This document shows, in pieces, positions 50,950 to 61,508 of a DNA stretch of 64,000 nucleotides; position 1 is the stretch's first letter; each line of letters opens with the position of its first letter. Source of the stretch: an uncultured Methanoregulaceae archaeon. Lineage in GTDB: Archaea; Halobacteriota; Methanomicrobia; Methanomicrobiales; Methanospirillaceae. The position numbers and the translations under genes were made by a program. The stretch spans positions 288,001 through 352,000 of the forward strand of contig CAWJAX010000003.1 of NCBI GenBank assembly GCA_963841015.1. The letters run 5' to 3'. The notes beneath the pieces are model-generated. The model saw only the letters and a program-made list of their open reading frames with translations, did no database searches and was not told where the DNA came from.

Positions 50950-52224
50950 ATGAACAACCAATTCAGGATTAATAGGGTAATTACAGGTTTTCTTGTCATA
51001 ATCAGTCTGATCGGTAGTGTAACAGCAGTCAGCCTGGCACCATCCTGGCAGGAACATCCAGCCGATGACGCCACATTTTCTGATCCGATACTATCAACAG
51101 ATGGATCAATGGTTTTTGCCGGTGGGAACAAGTTGTTGGTCCGTTCATGGAATGGAGACACCCGATGGGGCAGTTTATCGGGAACCGTGGCGACGATGAG
51201 CCCGGATGGAAATTTTATTGTCTCTGCACTCAATGATAATGTCCGTACATTCAACAGGACCGGCGATGCAGTCTGGAACAGGATTACCGGCAGTCCATTT
51301 CGTGCAGTCGCTGTCTCGACTGACGGATCTCTGGTGATTGCTGCAGATGACAGGGGTTATGTACGTTCCTGGACCGTTGATGGTAAAAACCTGGGAGTGG
51401 ACAACGAAACTGATCAGGTGAAACGAATAGTAATTTCTCCATCACAATCTCTGGTGGTTGTTTCTACCATAGATAATCTGAAGGTTTTTTCACCGGAAAT
51501 GAAACTGGTCTGGGAAAAGAAAACCCTTGGAAACCGTGATGATTTCATCGAATTCTCTGCTGATAGTTCTACCTTGATTCTGGCAGGAGAAAACCAGGTA
51601 TCATCCTATACGGCCAAAGGATTACTGAACTGGGAAAAAGAGATAACCAATAATTTCATTATCGATATGACCTGTTCTGATGACTGTTCGACCATTGTTC
51701 TGGGAAGTCAGGATGGAAATGTCTGGGTTCTCAACAAAGAGGGGCAGATACAATGGAAATATCCGGCAGGTACCTGGGTCAATAGTGCAGGTGTTTCCCG
51801 GGATGGTTCTGTCATTGTGGCTGGAGCCCTTGACGGGACCGTGTATGTACTGGATAAGAATGGAAACCTGCTGGCCCGGACAAAAACAGATTCGGCAATC
51901 CTGCAACGATCTATTGCCGTCAATGAGGATGGCACCCGGATAGTTGTTATCACTGAGCGCACAATGTACGGTTATAGCCTTGATTATGATCGTTCTGGAA
52001 TTCCAAAAGCGACATATACAGAAATACCTATCCGGACAACCATTCCCCCTTCTACAATCACTACCCCGGTACCTGTCAAAACAACCCGGCCAATAACCAT
52101 TCCATCTCCAAAAGGTACTACGCTGCCAGAAACAAACAGCACCCCAAACTCAGCTCTTACCCCACTGCTCGCAATCTTCGCATTGGCAGGTCTGTTGTGT
52201 GAAATCAGGAGACGTAAAAATTGA
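50950..52224 (+). CDS. Exported beta-propeller (WD40/PQQ-like) protein with C-terminal sorting-like signal
   Basis: Signal peptide, repeated S-x-DG...W blades, Thr/Pro linker, then TM helix plus RRRKN. Confidence 0.85.
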   Translation: MNNQFRINRVITGFLVIISLIGSVTAVSLAPSWQEHPADDATFSDPILSTDGSMVFAGGNKLLVRSWNGDTRWGSLSGTVATMSPDGNFIVSALNDNVRTFNRTGDAVWNRITGSPFRAVAVSTDGSLVIAADDRGYVRSWTVDGKNLGVDNETDQVKRIVISPSQSLVVVSTIDNLKVFSPEMKLVWEKKTLGNRDDFIEFSADSSTLILAGENQVSSYTAKGLLNWEKEITNNFIIDMTCSDDCSTIVLGSQDGNVWVLNKEGQIQWKYPAGTWVNSAGVSRDGSVIVAGALDGTVYVLDKNGNLLARTKTDSAILQRSIAVNEDGTRIVVITERTMYGYSLDYDRSGIPKATYTEIPIRTTIPPSTITTPVPVKTTRPITIPSPKGTTLPETNSTPNSALTPLLAIFALAGLLCEIRRRKN

Positions 52225-52502
52225 TACCTGCGTGACAGACACGTGCCGGATATGGAAAAGCCACAATGAAAAGGAATAACAAGGTTTAATTTTGCCTACC
52301 TATGACCGGGAGTGATGCAGGAAAGTGGACATCTGACCATAGGGTAATTCTCCCCGTTATCAAATTCATCATATTCATTTTTGGTTGCCATATAAATCGC
52401 TGATAATTTTTTAGCCTTGTATCTTCGCGTTCCAAGGCGCGTTAAAAAAACCACCATGAAAAACCCTTTTTATGGGATATTTATAAAAAAAATGTTTCCA
52501 GG

Positions 52503-53171
52503 TCAGAGTTTTGAGACCAGATCCCGGAGTACCACACCCGGCTCTTTTGCTTTCACAACACTGGATGCAAGAAGCACTCCATCAGTACCCAGATCAACGG
52601 CTATCTTCACGCACTCTCCCGACTGGATACCGGCACCCGTCAAAACCTTTACCTGAGGATTTATTGCATGAACAGCTGCAACAGAGCGCCTGATTATATC
52701 CGGGTTGGCTTTTGAGACCGAGACTCCGCTCCCGATCAGTTCCGGGGGTTCAATTGCTACATATTCCGGTGCAAGTGCTGCTGCACCGGCGCTGGTGGAT
52801 TCATTGTTCGAACAGACAACGGAAATAAGCTTTTGGGCCTGTAAAGCCCTGACGGATGCTTCAATCTCAGCAAGTCCCAGGCGTCTCTCTGAATGGTTGA
52901 TAAGGGATCCTGCAGCTCCAGCCATCCTGATTGCATCAGCAGTGATGTGCCCGGTGTGAGCGCCGGGTTCAAAACCATCAACATGCTGTGCGTATACCGG
53001 GATGGAGAAGTGATGACAGAGCGGGTGAAGATCCACATAGGATGGCGCAATCGCAATAGTTACCCCGCTTTCATGCGCTACGAGTTGTGCAGCATTCGCG
53101 ATCATATGACCGCGGTTGCCCATTCCCTCTTTGAACGTCTTTAAGTTTACCAGGATTAAGGGTGCAGACAT
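52503..53171 (-). CDS. tpiA: Triosephosphate isomerase (archaeal type)
   Basis: [31 protein letters not shown] and GVLLAS motifs. Confidence 0.96.
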   Translation of the reverse strand: MSAPLILVNLKTFKEGMGNRGHMIANAAQLVAHESGVTIAIAPSYVDLHPLCHHFSIPVYAQHVDGFEPGAHTGHITADAIRMAGAAGSLINHSERRLGLAEIEASVRALQAQKLISVVCSNNESTSAGAAALAPEYVAIEPPELIGSGVSVSKANPDIIRRSVAAVHAINPQVKVLTGAGIQSGECVKIAVDLGTDGVLLASSVVKAKEPGVVLRDLVSKL

Positions 53172-53264
53172 AGTAACTCCTCGTTTTTACGATATGATTT
53201 GGTCCCTGATACACCATTTCGGTTCAACGGTGATGAATATTTTGCCCTGGAAAGAAACGATCAG

Positions 53265-55919
53265 TTACGATTCCTGCAGCCCCCGGACGAAGTGACCGGC
53301 AGTAATTCCTCCGACAGCAAGGCGTTTTACTGCATCTTTGAGGTATCTGAAATGAGGATCATGGGCAGGGACTCCTTTTTCTGTCAGCAGTATTGCTTCC
53401 TGATAAAGATGGATCATATCCATGGTATAGGTACCGGTCCTGCCGCGTGCATCAATAAGCACTTCGCTGATGCCAATCTGCATGAGTGACGGGAGATGGT
53501 CAATAAGGCAAATCTCTGCAGAGTTGTAAATGTGCGAGCGGCATTCACCATCGATGCGTACGGGGAACGTATGCCCGGATGCATCCATGATGCCAAAGAA
53601 CCCGGAGGTATCTGTATCAACCGCTTTTCTTTTACAAGGTAGCCAGGGCTGGAGAATACAGTTCTCTGAAACCATTGCTTCAACACTTCCCTGCACGATA
53701 AGGGCAAACGAAGGTAAGGAGCCCCCAGGCCGGGCTCCATGGATCAACAGCCGGATCTCATCACGCGATAATTCCGGGGAAAGAGTGACCGATCCAAAAC
53801 GGGAAGGAAGGTGCCGGACTGCTTCATGATTGAAAATATTGAGCCCAATCGATCCAAAAAGAACTGATGCCGGAAGACACTGCATGAGAGCTTGGGAAGT
53901 GCCCCAGTTTTCCACCATAACTTCGGCGATTTCCGGACTCAATGTCTGCGACAGGAGGGGAAGGACTGAATCCAGGTAGTTGTTGTCAGTGATCCGGGGA
54001 AATTTGAGCACAAAGCGGATACCTGCTTCACGGCATATCCGGGATGCAGTAATTGTCTGTGATGCAAACGAGGGAAATCCGGCAGGGATCCTGCAGTTGC
54101 CCCCTGATGGCGTGAATACGGGTTCAAAACAGATAAAATCGCATCCGGCCTCTGCTGCCTTCTCAACGGACAGGAGCGAGTCTGTACAGACACCGAGAAC
54201 CAGTGAAGATGAGGGCAGGAGCTCGCTGGTTTCTGGTGGGCGGATAATTACCTCCGGTTTTAAAACATTCCATCGCATCTGTGCCTCTTCAACGCATTCC
54301 TGATGAGGATGGGAATGTGCAATCATCATCTCTTCAGCCCGTGCAAGGAGTTCCCTCCGAACCCGGTTCAGTCCTGCAAGGGGGGTAAATAAATCACCGG
54401 AATACTCAAGGGAAAAATTCCGTATCGCAAACGGGGTCCCTCCGGTTTTTTTCAACTGCTGCTCCAGCTGCTCCCGGGTTAATGGATGAGAACGGGCAGG
54501 CACCAGGCAAAAATCAGGGTGGTATATCAGGGGTATTGATCTCCCTCTCCGGGTATGTATCAATCCTTCAACCACCAGATTACCTCCCTTATCAATCCTG
54601 AATTCGAGATCCACGGGAACAGGATGCCGTAACCCGACTGGCGGATGAGCAATTATCTGCCGTGCACGCATCTCAAGATCTGATGAAGAGGTAATGAAGA
54701 CTCCAGTACCAGGTGCAACCGGGTGCGGAACCCTGATTACAATTTTACCGGCTTTCTGCACGGGAACTGTATTGAGGGAAAAACCATATTCCTGACGGGG
54801 ATTTTTGGGATGAGTGAGGAGGAGCCCGTCACCAGGAGAAGGAATGAGAGATCTATCTGACCTGACGGTTATGGTTTTTGATTTTTCATCATACCGGCTC
54901 ACACAGCCGATGCAGATGCCCCGGTTGTCCGAAGCATCCGTTCCCATGATAGCTGCAGGGGATTTTTCAAAAAGATATCCTGAAGTAAAACCGCGGTTGA
55001 AGGCGAGTTGGAGATCCTGAAATGCCCCGGGATATTTGTACTCATTTCCCGCGGCAATTGCATCGAGAGCCCGCCGGTATGTAGAGACGACAATCGCAAC
55101 ATATTCCGGTGATTTCATACGACCTTCGATCTTCAGCGAGATGACCGGGGAGTTGGCGAGCTGGGGGAGGTTCTCATAGGTGCAGAGGTCTTTTGGGGAA
55201 AGCAGGTAACGCCCCGTGGAGGGAAGTTCGCGAAGACCTGTCGGCCGGCCATATACGTCGGTATCCCCGGCCAAAAGAGTGTAGGGTTTCCGGCACGGCT
55301 GGGCACACATGCCACGATTCCCGCTCCTTCCGCCGATCACTGATGAGAGCAGGCATTGACCGGAATAGCAATAACAGAGTGCCCCGTGAGCAAACACTTC
55401 AAGTCCGATGCCGGATTCACCGGTTTCCCGTGCTATACGCAGTATGTCGTTGAGCGAAAGCTCCCGGGCAAGAACGACCCGGGAAAAGCCCTGTTCCGCA
55501 GCCCATCGTACCCCTTCACTTGAATGAATTGTCAGCTGGGTTGAGCCATGAAGCGGCAGCAGGGGGACAATATCCCGGGCGAGTGCGGCAATTCCTGTAT
55601 CCTGCACAAGAACAGCATCAACACCGATCAAGTACAGCCAGATAAGATATTCAGCCACATCTGATAATTCCCTGTCGTGGATAAGGGTGTTTATCGTAAT
55701 ATAAACACTGATATCCTGTCGGTGGGCAAAGCTGACTGCCTCTTTTATCTCACCCTCGGTAAAATTCGTGGCAGATCTCCGGGCACCAAATCTCTTTCCA
55801 CTCAGGTAAACAGCATTCGCACCACCAGCGACAGCTGCCCGGAACGCTTCGGGTGACCCGGCAGGTGCGAGAAGCTCAGGGATCTCTTTTTCTTTCCGGA
55901 TGTGAGGAGAAAACGGCAT
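53265..55919 (-). CDS. U32 family protein, long RlhA-like form (probable rRNA hydroxylase)
   Basis: PELLAPAGS, HGSTQ, LARELS, HGALCYCYSGQCLLS, RSGNRGMCAQPCR, LKIEGRMK; middle domain with KTGGTPF. Confidence 0.88.
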   Translation of the reverse strand: MPFSPHIRKEKEIPELLAPAGSPEAFRAAVAGGANAVYLSGKRFGARRSATNFTEGEIKEAVSFAHRQDISVYITINTLIHDRELSDVAEYLIWLYLIGVDAVLVQDTGIAALARDIVPLLPLHGSTQLTIHSSEGVRWAAEQGFSRVVLARELSLNDILRIARETGESGIGLEVFAHGALCYCYSGQCLLSSVIGGRSGNRGMCAQPCRKPYTLLAGDTDVYGRPTGLRELPSTGRYLLSPKDLCTYENLPQLANSPVISLKIEGRMKSPEYVAIVVSTYRRALDAIAAGNEYKYPGAFQDLQLAFNRGFTSGYLFEKSPAAIMGTDASDNRGICIGCVSRYDEKSKTITVRSDRSLIPSPGDGLLLTHPKNPRQEYGFSLNTVPVQKAGKIVIRVPHPVAPGTGVFITSSSDLEMRARQIIAHPPVGLRHPVPVDLEFRIDKGGNLVVEGLIHTRRGRSIPLIYHPDFCLVPARSHPLTREQLEQQLKKTGGTPFAIRNFSLEYSGDLFTPLAGLNRVRRELLARAEEMMIAHSHPHQECVEEAQMRWNVLKPEVIIRPPETSELLPSSSLVLGVCTDSLLSVEKAAEAGCDFICFEPVFTPSGGNCRIPAGFPSFASQTITASRICREAGIRFVLKFPRITDNNYLDSVLPLLSQTLSPEIAEVMVENWGTSQALMQCLPASVLFGSIGLNIFNHEAVRHLPSRFGSVTLSPELSRDEIRLLIHGARPGGSLPSFALIVQGSVEAMVSENCILQPWLPCKRKAVDTDTSGFFGIMDASGHTFPVRIDGECRSHIYNSAEICLIDHLPSLMQIGISEVLIDARGRTGTYTMDMIHLYQEAILLTEKGVPAHDPHFRYLKDAVKRLAVGGITAGHFVRGLQES

Positions 55920-55935
55920 ACTTACTCCCGATTAT

Positions 55936-56469
55936 TTAAAAGACCAGGCTGAAAATTCCCATCGTTGCAAGAATCGTTACGATGGAGATAGTGATATATC
56001 CTGCCATTATCAGGAGGATTGATCGGGTTTTTTGCCACCCGACTACCCAGGATACCGGGGGACAGACATAAAATCCCAGGGTCATTACACCAGGTACAAG
56101 GCCATAGATACCATATTTTGTCAGGAAAGAGGATTGTTTTGCCCGGTCTGATGACTTTTTTAAGAACCGTGATACCCTTTCTGAATGCTCCCCCATGATA
56201 GCAAATATATCAAACAATACCAGGGTGACCCCCAGTGCAACGCAGACCAGTACATACAATACAAAAACCGGGTGCAGACCAAGCCCGAGACCAATCGGTG
56301 CCGCACCATATTCGATTATCAAGGTGCCGGTGATGAGCGCAAGGGTGGAGGGGATGGGGATAGATAAAAGGAATGCGGCCGCAAGAGGTAATACAACAAC
56401 CAGAACAAGAGCTTTTATGATTGCCCCCAGCAGGGGGACCAGATAATCGGGGATAGTTCCGGTCTCCAT
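55936..56469 (-). CDS. Small multidrug-export-type membrane protein (COG2426-like)
   Basis: IEYGAAPIGLGLGL...KYGIYGLVP motifs; multiple TM helices. Confidence 0.7.
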   Translation of the reverse strand: METGTIPDYLVPLLGAIIKALVLVVVLPLAAAFLLSIPIPSTLALITGTLIIEYGAAPIGLGLGLHPVFVLYVLVCVALGVTLVLFDIFAIMGEHSERVSRFLKKSSDRAKQSSFLTKYGIYGLVPGVMTLGFYVCPPVSWVVGWQKTRSILLIMAGYITISIVTILATMGIFSLVF

Positions 56470-56585
56470 ATCAGTAACAGGAGTATCGTCACCGTGAGAT
56501 AAACAGGTATCTTTAAAGGATAACGGAGGGACGGGAAAGAGGTTGAAACAGATCGGTTTTTTCCTGCATGGTTCCAGTTTTTAAG

Positions 56586-57035
56586 GTCTGGAGAATTCAT
56601 TTTCTATTGATATGAAATTCAGGATGCTGGTACGAATGAAGGAGGGGACATGAGCCTGTCCCCACATGCCACCCCTGTGGTGAGCGATGATGACGTAGCA
56701 CCTGTTCGGGGGATTATCGCATCGGGGGAGTCATAACAGCGGGGGTGAAATCCCCTTCCAGCGTTTAGCTTGGAATTGAGCATTTCTCCAGAGCACATTT
56801 CCGATAAAAATTGAACTATTCAGTTATAGTACGAGATTTTTTTTCATGCTCCTCCCTTTACGAGGAACGCCACCGCCCCGCAAGCGGTCGCCCTGCGGCG
56901 GATCAGGAACAAACAATTTAAAAAAAACCTGCCCGATGTGCCACAGAGAGGCCCTGAGCCGGAGTTCCATCGTATACAATACGATTTTCATGGTTCCGGA
57001 GTGACCCTCAGAGAATCAGATCTGTTTCTCCAGAC
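56586..57035 (+). mobile_element. Dispersed MITE-like repeat, copy R6: complete A-B-C with perfect 10-bp TIR
   Basis: GTCTGGAGAA (56586-56595) / TTCTCCAGAC (57026-57035); an internal TTCTCCAGAG at 56784-56793 closes module A; no coding capacity. Confidence 0.85.
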
Positions 57036-57096
57036 TCGTTTTTTATAAGGACCAGAGCGGTTCTTTTTTTACACCACAAACCAAGAGAGAGTAACA

Positions 57097-57735
57097 ATGA
57101 AGATCATTGCAGCGCTCACGGACCCACTCGATGCCTCCCGGGCGCAGGATCAGGGTGCCGATATGGTCGAACTCCGGTTCGACTTAATGGCAGGAGACCC
57201 GTTCAACCTTGTCCGGACATGTAAAGACGTATGCTCCTTACCCGTCATTGCTACAATCCGTTCTGCGCAGGAGGGCGGACAGTTTTTCGGCGACGCTACA
57301 GAATGGTTTGAGAAGATCCGGCCGGTCATCCCGCTTGTTGATTATATTGATGTTGAGCAGCGGTTTGCATCCAGGGCTCTTGATATAAAAGAAGCCGGAA
57401 AACAGATCATTGCCTCGTACCATACAGGGCAGATGATGCCCCTCCATGACCTGTTCAGGCTTGAGCGTGATCTCAAGGTGTTTGGTGATATTGTAAAAAT
57501 CATTGTTACTCCTCAGAATGAAGAGGATATTATCGAGCTGATCGCTTTTACTCATGCGGTAAAAAAACCTGCCTGTACGGGAGTGATGGGAGCGCAGTTC
57601 CGGTACGCCCGTGCCATCCTTCCCCTGTTTGGTTCAGAACTTGTCTATTGTCATACCGGGAACCGGACTGCAGAAGGGCAGTATTCAGTGCAGGAATTTA
57701 TTGCCCTGGTAAAATTGCTGACAAGCGGAACGTAA
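57097..57735 (+). CDS. aroD: Type I 3-dehydroquinate dehydratase
   Basis: ADMVELRFD, IATIRSAQEGG, IASYH, IVKI, MG...R and TAEGQ motifs. Confidence 0.92.
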   Translation: MKIIAALTDPLDASRAQDQGADMVELRFDLMAGDPFNLVRTCKDVCSLPVIATIRSAQEGGQFFGDATEWFEKIRPVIPLVDYIDVEQRFASRALDIKEAGKQIIASYHTGQMMPLHDLFRLERDLKVFGDIVKIIVTPQNEEDIIELIAFTHAVKKPACTGVMGAQFRYARAILPLFGSELVYCHTGNRTAEGQYSVQEFIALVKLLTSGT

Positions 57736-57871
57736 TGTTTACTTAAAAAGCCGGTAAAATTATTGGTATATCTCATTCTATACCGGCATTTTATGCAAAC
57801 AATATTGCTTGAGAGATTTTCCTTTCCGGCATGAAACAAATCAATTCACGCCCGTTTCTTAAAGACACCTT

Positions 57872-58858
57872 TTATTGATACTTGACCTGTTCCAGCCAGC
57901 AATCCATCAGCACAAGTGCGAGCATTGCCTCGGCCACAGGTACAATGCGGGGGACAATGCAGGGGTCGTGTCTCCCGCCAACGGATAGTTCAACGACATT
58001 ACCGTGAATGTCCCGGGTCTGCTGAACCTTTGCAATCGAGGATGTCGGTTTTACCGCTATGCGAACGACAATTTCCTGTCCTGAAGAGATGCCCCCGAGA
58101 ATGCCACCGGCATTGTTGCTGAGAAACCCTTCACGGGTCATCTGATCGTTGTTCTCACTTCCAAATCTTCCGGCTACTCCAAATCCATCACCAATCTCGA
58201 CCCCCTTGACTGCACCTATTCCCATCATGGCTCCGGCAATAAGCGCGTCCAGTTTGCCAAAGACCGGGTCGCCAAGGCCCGGAGGGCATCCGTCAGCAGT
58301 AATCTCAACGATACCCCCGACTGAATCGCCCATCTCTTTTGCAGACATTATTTCCTGTTCGAATTCACCAGGTTTTGTTTTTCCATGGATTTTCAGAATT
58401 TTACCGGTTATGGTGATGCCATGTTCTGCAAGGTACGTTACTGCAACGGCCCCCGCAGCAACTCTCCCCAGGGTCTCGCGTCCGGAACTCCTTCCCCCTC
58501 CACGGTAATCATGGATACCGTACTTTTCCCGGTAGGTGAAATCCGCGTGGCCTGGCCGGAATTTTTCACGAATTTCATCATATTCCTTCGATTTCTGATT
58601 TATATTTCGAACCATCAGTGCAATCGGCGCGCCTGTAGTTGTACCTTCAAAAATCCCGGAGAGTATCTCTACCCGGTCCATCTCATCCCGGGAAGAGGTG
58701 AGAGGGGATGTACCCGGGCGCCGCCGGTCAAGCATCGGTTGTATATCCTGTACTTTCAGTTTCATCCCTGCCGGGCAACCATCGATGATAACCCCGACAG
58801 CGGCACCGTGACTCTCACCAAAGCTGGTAATCCGGAAATTTCTGCCAAACGAATTCAT
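57872..58858 (-). CDS. aroC: Chorismate synthase
   Basis: FGESHG, RPGHAD, GGGRSSGRET, NNAGGILGGIS, KPTSSI and GRHDPCI motifs. Confidence 0.97.
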   Translation of the reverse strand: MNSFGRNFRITSFGESHGAAVGVIIDGCPAGMKLKVQDIQPMLDRRRPGTSPLTSSRDEMDRVEILSGIFEGTTTGAPIALMVRNINQKSKEYDEIREKFRPGHADFTYREKYGIHDYRGGGRSSGRETLGRVAAGAVAVTYLAEHGITITGKILKIHGKTKPGEFEQEIMSAKEMGDSVGGIVEITADGCPPGLGDPVFGKLDALIAGAMMGIGAVKGVEIGDGFGVAGRFGSENNDQMTREGFLSNNAGGILGGISSGQEIVVRIAVKPTSSIAKVQQTRDIHGNVVELSVGGRHDPCIVPRIVPVAEAMLALVLMDCWLEQVKYQ

Positions 58859-60246
58859 AGGACCAGTTCCCTCACTTTCTCCACCGGGACATCTATACCG
58901 AAGAACAGGTAGAACTGCTCCCGTGCCTGTTCGATGAACATTTCAACACCGGTAATAGTCCGGCACCCCTGTGCCCGTGCGGCTTCGATCAGTGGTGTTA
59001 CCGGGGGGGTATACACCAGATCGAACACAGTCATGTCTTTATGCAGCTGATCCATTCTTAAAGGATTTCGGGTATCCGGTTGCATGCCAAGCGGAGTGGC
59101 ATTCACCACAAGCTCCGGTTTGATCCTGTCAAATTCGTCCCAGCTGCCCCACCGGCACCCGAACCGTTCAGCAAGTTTTTTTGCGTTTTCCGTTGTCCGG
59201 TTCAAAATCGTCACATCCATATCAAGATCAGTAAGTGCATATGCTGCACCTGCCGCAACACCTCCGGCACCAAGAAGCACAGCCTTTGCCCCTTTCATCG
59301 GGACAAGAGGCTTACGTACCCCGAGCCAGTCCGTGTTATACCCGATGGTTGTCCCGCACGCAAACACAACGGTATTCACTGCGCCAATCTCCTGTGCTGC
59401 GTGTTCATCGATCTCGTCGAGGTATTCTATCACCTCATGTTTGAACGGGATGGTGACAGACAGGCCTTTCGCATCAATCATTTTCGCAACGTTCATGATC
59501 TCGTCCAGTTCAGGATCCTCAAACCAGGTATAATGGCAATCAAGGTGATAGAAATCAAAGAGTGCATTGAAGAGCTTCGGACTCCTGCTGTGAGCACACG
59601 GGTAGCCGGCAACCCCCAAAATCCGGGTGCGGGGGTTACGATCCGGCCCGGTGAGGATATCTTCAAGTTTTTTCAAGGGATTGGAGGGGAGCCGACCGGT
59701 TTTGAAAAATGCCAATGCACTATTCCGCTGGCTCTCAGTCGGAACCCCGGTCTGCAGGAGTGCAAGAATTTTTTCGCCAGCCAGAGTTGGTGAAGTATCG
59801 CTGGTATCCATACAGAAATCTGCGGAGGCATAATAATTCCACCGGCGGCGATCCATCATCGCAGCAATTTCTTCATGCAGGGTGAGACTGGTAAGAGGGG
59901 GTCTTGGTTTTGTTATTAATCGTTTTTCGATCGTATCCAAATCAGCAAACAGGAGCACTACCGTGCTGTCACGGCGGAGGCGTTCCATGTTTTTTGGATC
60001 ACATATAACACCACCTCCCGTGCTTACGATTACATCCGCTGCGGGAAGTGACGCGATAACCTCGCGTTCAATGCTGCGGAACCGTTCTTCTCCGTCATCA
60101 TGGAAAATATCAGGTATTGACCGTCCGGTCATTGTCTCAATGAGATCATCGGTGTCAATCAAAGGAACATTCAGCCTTGAGGCAAGGATCTTTCCTATTT
60201 CGGTTTTTCCGGTCCCGCGAAAACCGGTCAATACAATCCTTCTCAT
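58855..60246 (-). CDS. aroK-aroE: Fused shikimate kinase (NMP-kinase/bacterial type) - shikimate dehydrogenase
   Basis: N-terminal GFRGTGKT, DTD, GEERFR, STGGG, RPPL; C-terminal HSRSP, SVTIPFK, GAVNT, NTDWLG, GAGG, NATPLGM, DLVY, MFIEQA. Confidence 0.92.
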   Translation of the reverse strand: MRRIVLTGFRGTGKTEIGKILASRLNVPLIDTDDLIETMTGRSIPDIFHDDGEERFRSIEREVIASLPAADVIVSTGGGVICDPKNMERLRRDSTVVLLFADLDTIEKRLITKPRPPLTSLTLHEEIAAMMDRRRWNYYASADFCMDTSDTSPTLAGEKILALLQTGVPTESQRNSALAFFKTGRLPSNPLKKLEDILTGPDRNPRTRILGVAGYPCAHSRSPKLFNALFDFYHLDCHYTWFEDPELDEIMNVAKMIDAKGLSVTIPFKHEVIEYLDEIDEHAAQEIGAVNTVVFACGTTIGYNTDWLGVRKPLVPMKGAKAVLLGAGGVAAGAAYALTDLDMDVTILNRTTENAKKLAERFGCRWGSWDEFDRIKPELVVNATPLGMQPDTRNPLRMDQLHKDMTVFDLVYTPPVTPLIEAARAQGCRTITGVEMFIEQAREQFYLFFGIDVPVEKVRELVL

Positions 60247-61508
60247 TTCATAACTCCGGCAAGTATATCCCAGAATCCCGGGAATGACTTGCTCACGCAA
60301 TCAGCATCCGTGATGGTAATTCCTCCAATGCCCAGACCAAGCACCGCAAAGCTCATCGCTGTCCGGTGGTCATTATCGGGGTTAATAATCCCACCATGAA
60401 GAGGAGTCGGGCAGATTGTTATTCGATCATCTTCTGCCAGAACGTTCCCCCCAAGCGCCTGCAATCGTTCTGCAGTACCTGAGATACGGTCACTTTCCTT
60501 GAACTTTAAATGGCCGATACCGGTGATTGCTGTGGGTGTTTTTGCCATGGCTGCAACCATGCAGAGGGTCTGGACGGTATCCGGCGATGAAGACATATCA
60601 AACGTGATACCCCGGAGATCTCCGCACCTCTCAACAGTCACTGCATTCCCTGAACAGGTCACTGTACATCCCATTAACCTGAGCGCATCAAGAAACCTGC
60701 GGTCACCCTGAACGGAATCAGGAATGAGATTTTTTACCGTCACCCTGCCCCCACAGATTGCCGCAATGGCAAAAAAATACGATGATGACGAGTAATCACC
60801 TTCAATAATATATGTCCTGCCCACATACTGTCTGCGATTACTGACACAAAACCGCACATACTCATCCCGCGTGACGTGCGCACCAAATACCTGCATAACC
60901 TCAAGAGTGATATCCAGGTAGGACTGTGATGCGGGAGGTGACGGGATCACGACTTCAACTTCGGTTTCTGCATAGGGTGCGGCGATGAGCAGTGAGGTAA
61001 TGAACTGGCTGCTGATCGTTCCGTCAACGAGAACCCTGCCCCCCTTGAGATGACCGCTTACTTTCAGCGGAGGATATCCCTCATTTTTTAAAAAATCAAT
61101 AGTTCCCCCAAGGCTAAGAAGCGCCTGTGCAAGCGGGCCGACAGGGCGTTCCTGCATTCGCTGGCTGCCCGTAAGTATCACCGGATGCCTGCAAAGAAGG
61201 GCAAGAGAGGTGAGCAGGCGAAGGCTTGTTCCTGAGTTATCAAGATCGAGAAGGGTTGTATCACGGGTGGGAAATCTGCCGCTGCATCCCTCAATAATTA
61301 TCTGGTCCGGATGTACCGTTATGGACACTCCCAGTAGTCTCAGGGCATGTAGGGTGAGCCGGGTGTCTTGTGCAAAGAGCGGCTGCAGGAGCGTTGTTGT
61401 ACCGCTCCCCAGTGCCCCGATAATAAGAGCCCGGTGCGTGTAACTCTTTGATGGTGGCGCTGTAACCACCAGATCCACGCTCCCGGTGCGGGGAGGCTTA
61501 ACTATCAT
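60243..61508 (-). CDS. aroA: 3-phosphoshikimate 1-carboxyvinyltransferase
   Basis: PPSKSYTHR, NSGTSLR, ISSQF, EGDYSS, KESDRI, DHRTAM and KSFPGFW motifs. Confidence 0.97.
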   Translation of the reverse strand: MIVKPPRTGSVDLVVTAPPSKSYTHRALIIGALGSGTTTLLQPLFAQDTRLTLHALRLLGVSITVHPDQIIIEGCSGRFPTRDTTLLDLDNSGTSLRLLTSLALLCRHPVILTGSQRMQERPVGPLAQALLSLGGTIDFLKNEGYPPLKVSGHLKGGRVLVDGTISSQFITSLLIAAPYAETEVEVVIPSPPASQSYLDITLEVMQVFGAHVTRDEYVRFCVSNRRQYVGRTYIIEGDYSSSSYFFAIAAICGGRVTVKNLIPDSVQGDRRFLDALRLMGCTVTCSGNAVTVERCGDLRGITFDMSSSPDTVQTLCMVAAMAKTPTAITGIGHLKFKESDRISGTAERLQALGGNVLAEDDRITICPTPLHGGIINPDNDHRTAMSFAVLGLGIGGITITDADCVSKSFPGFWDILAGVMK

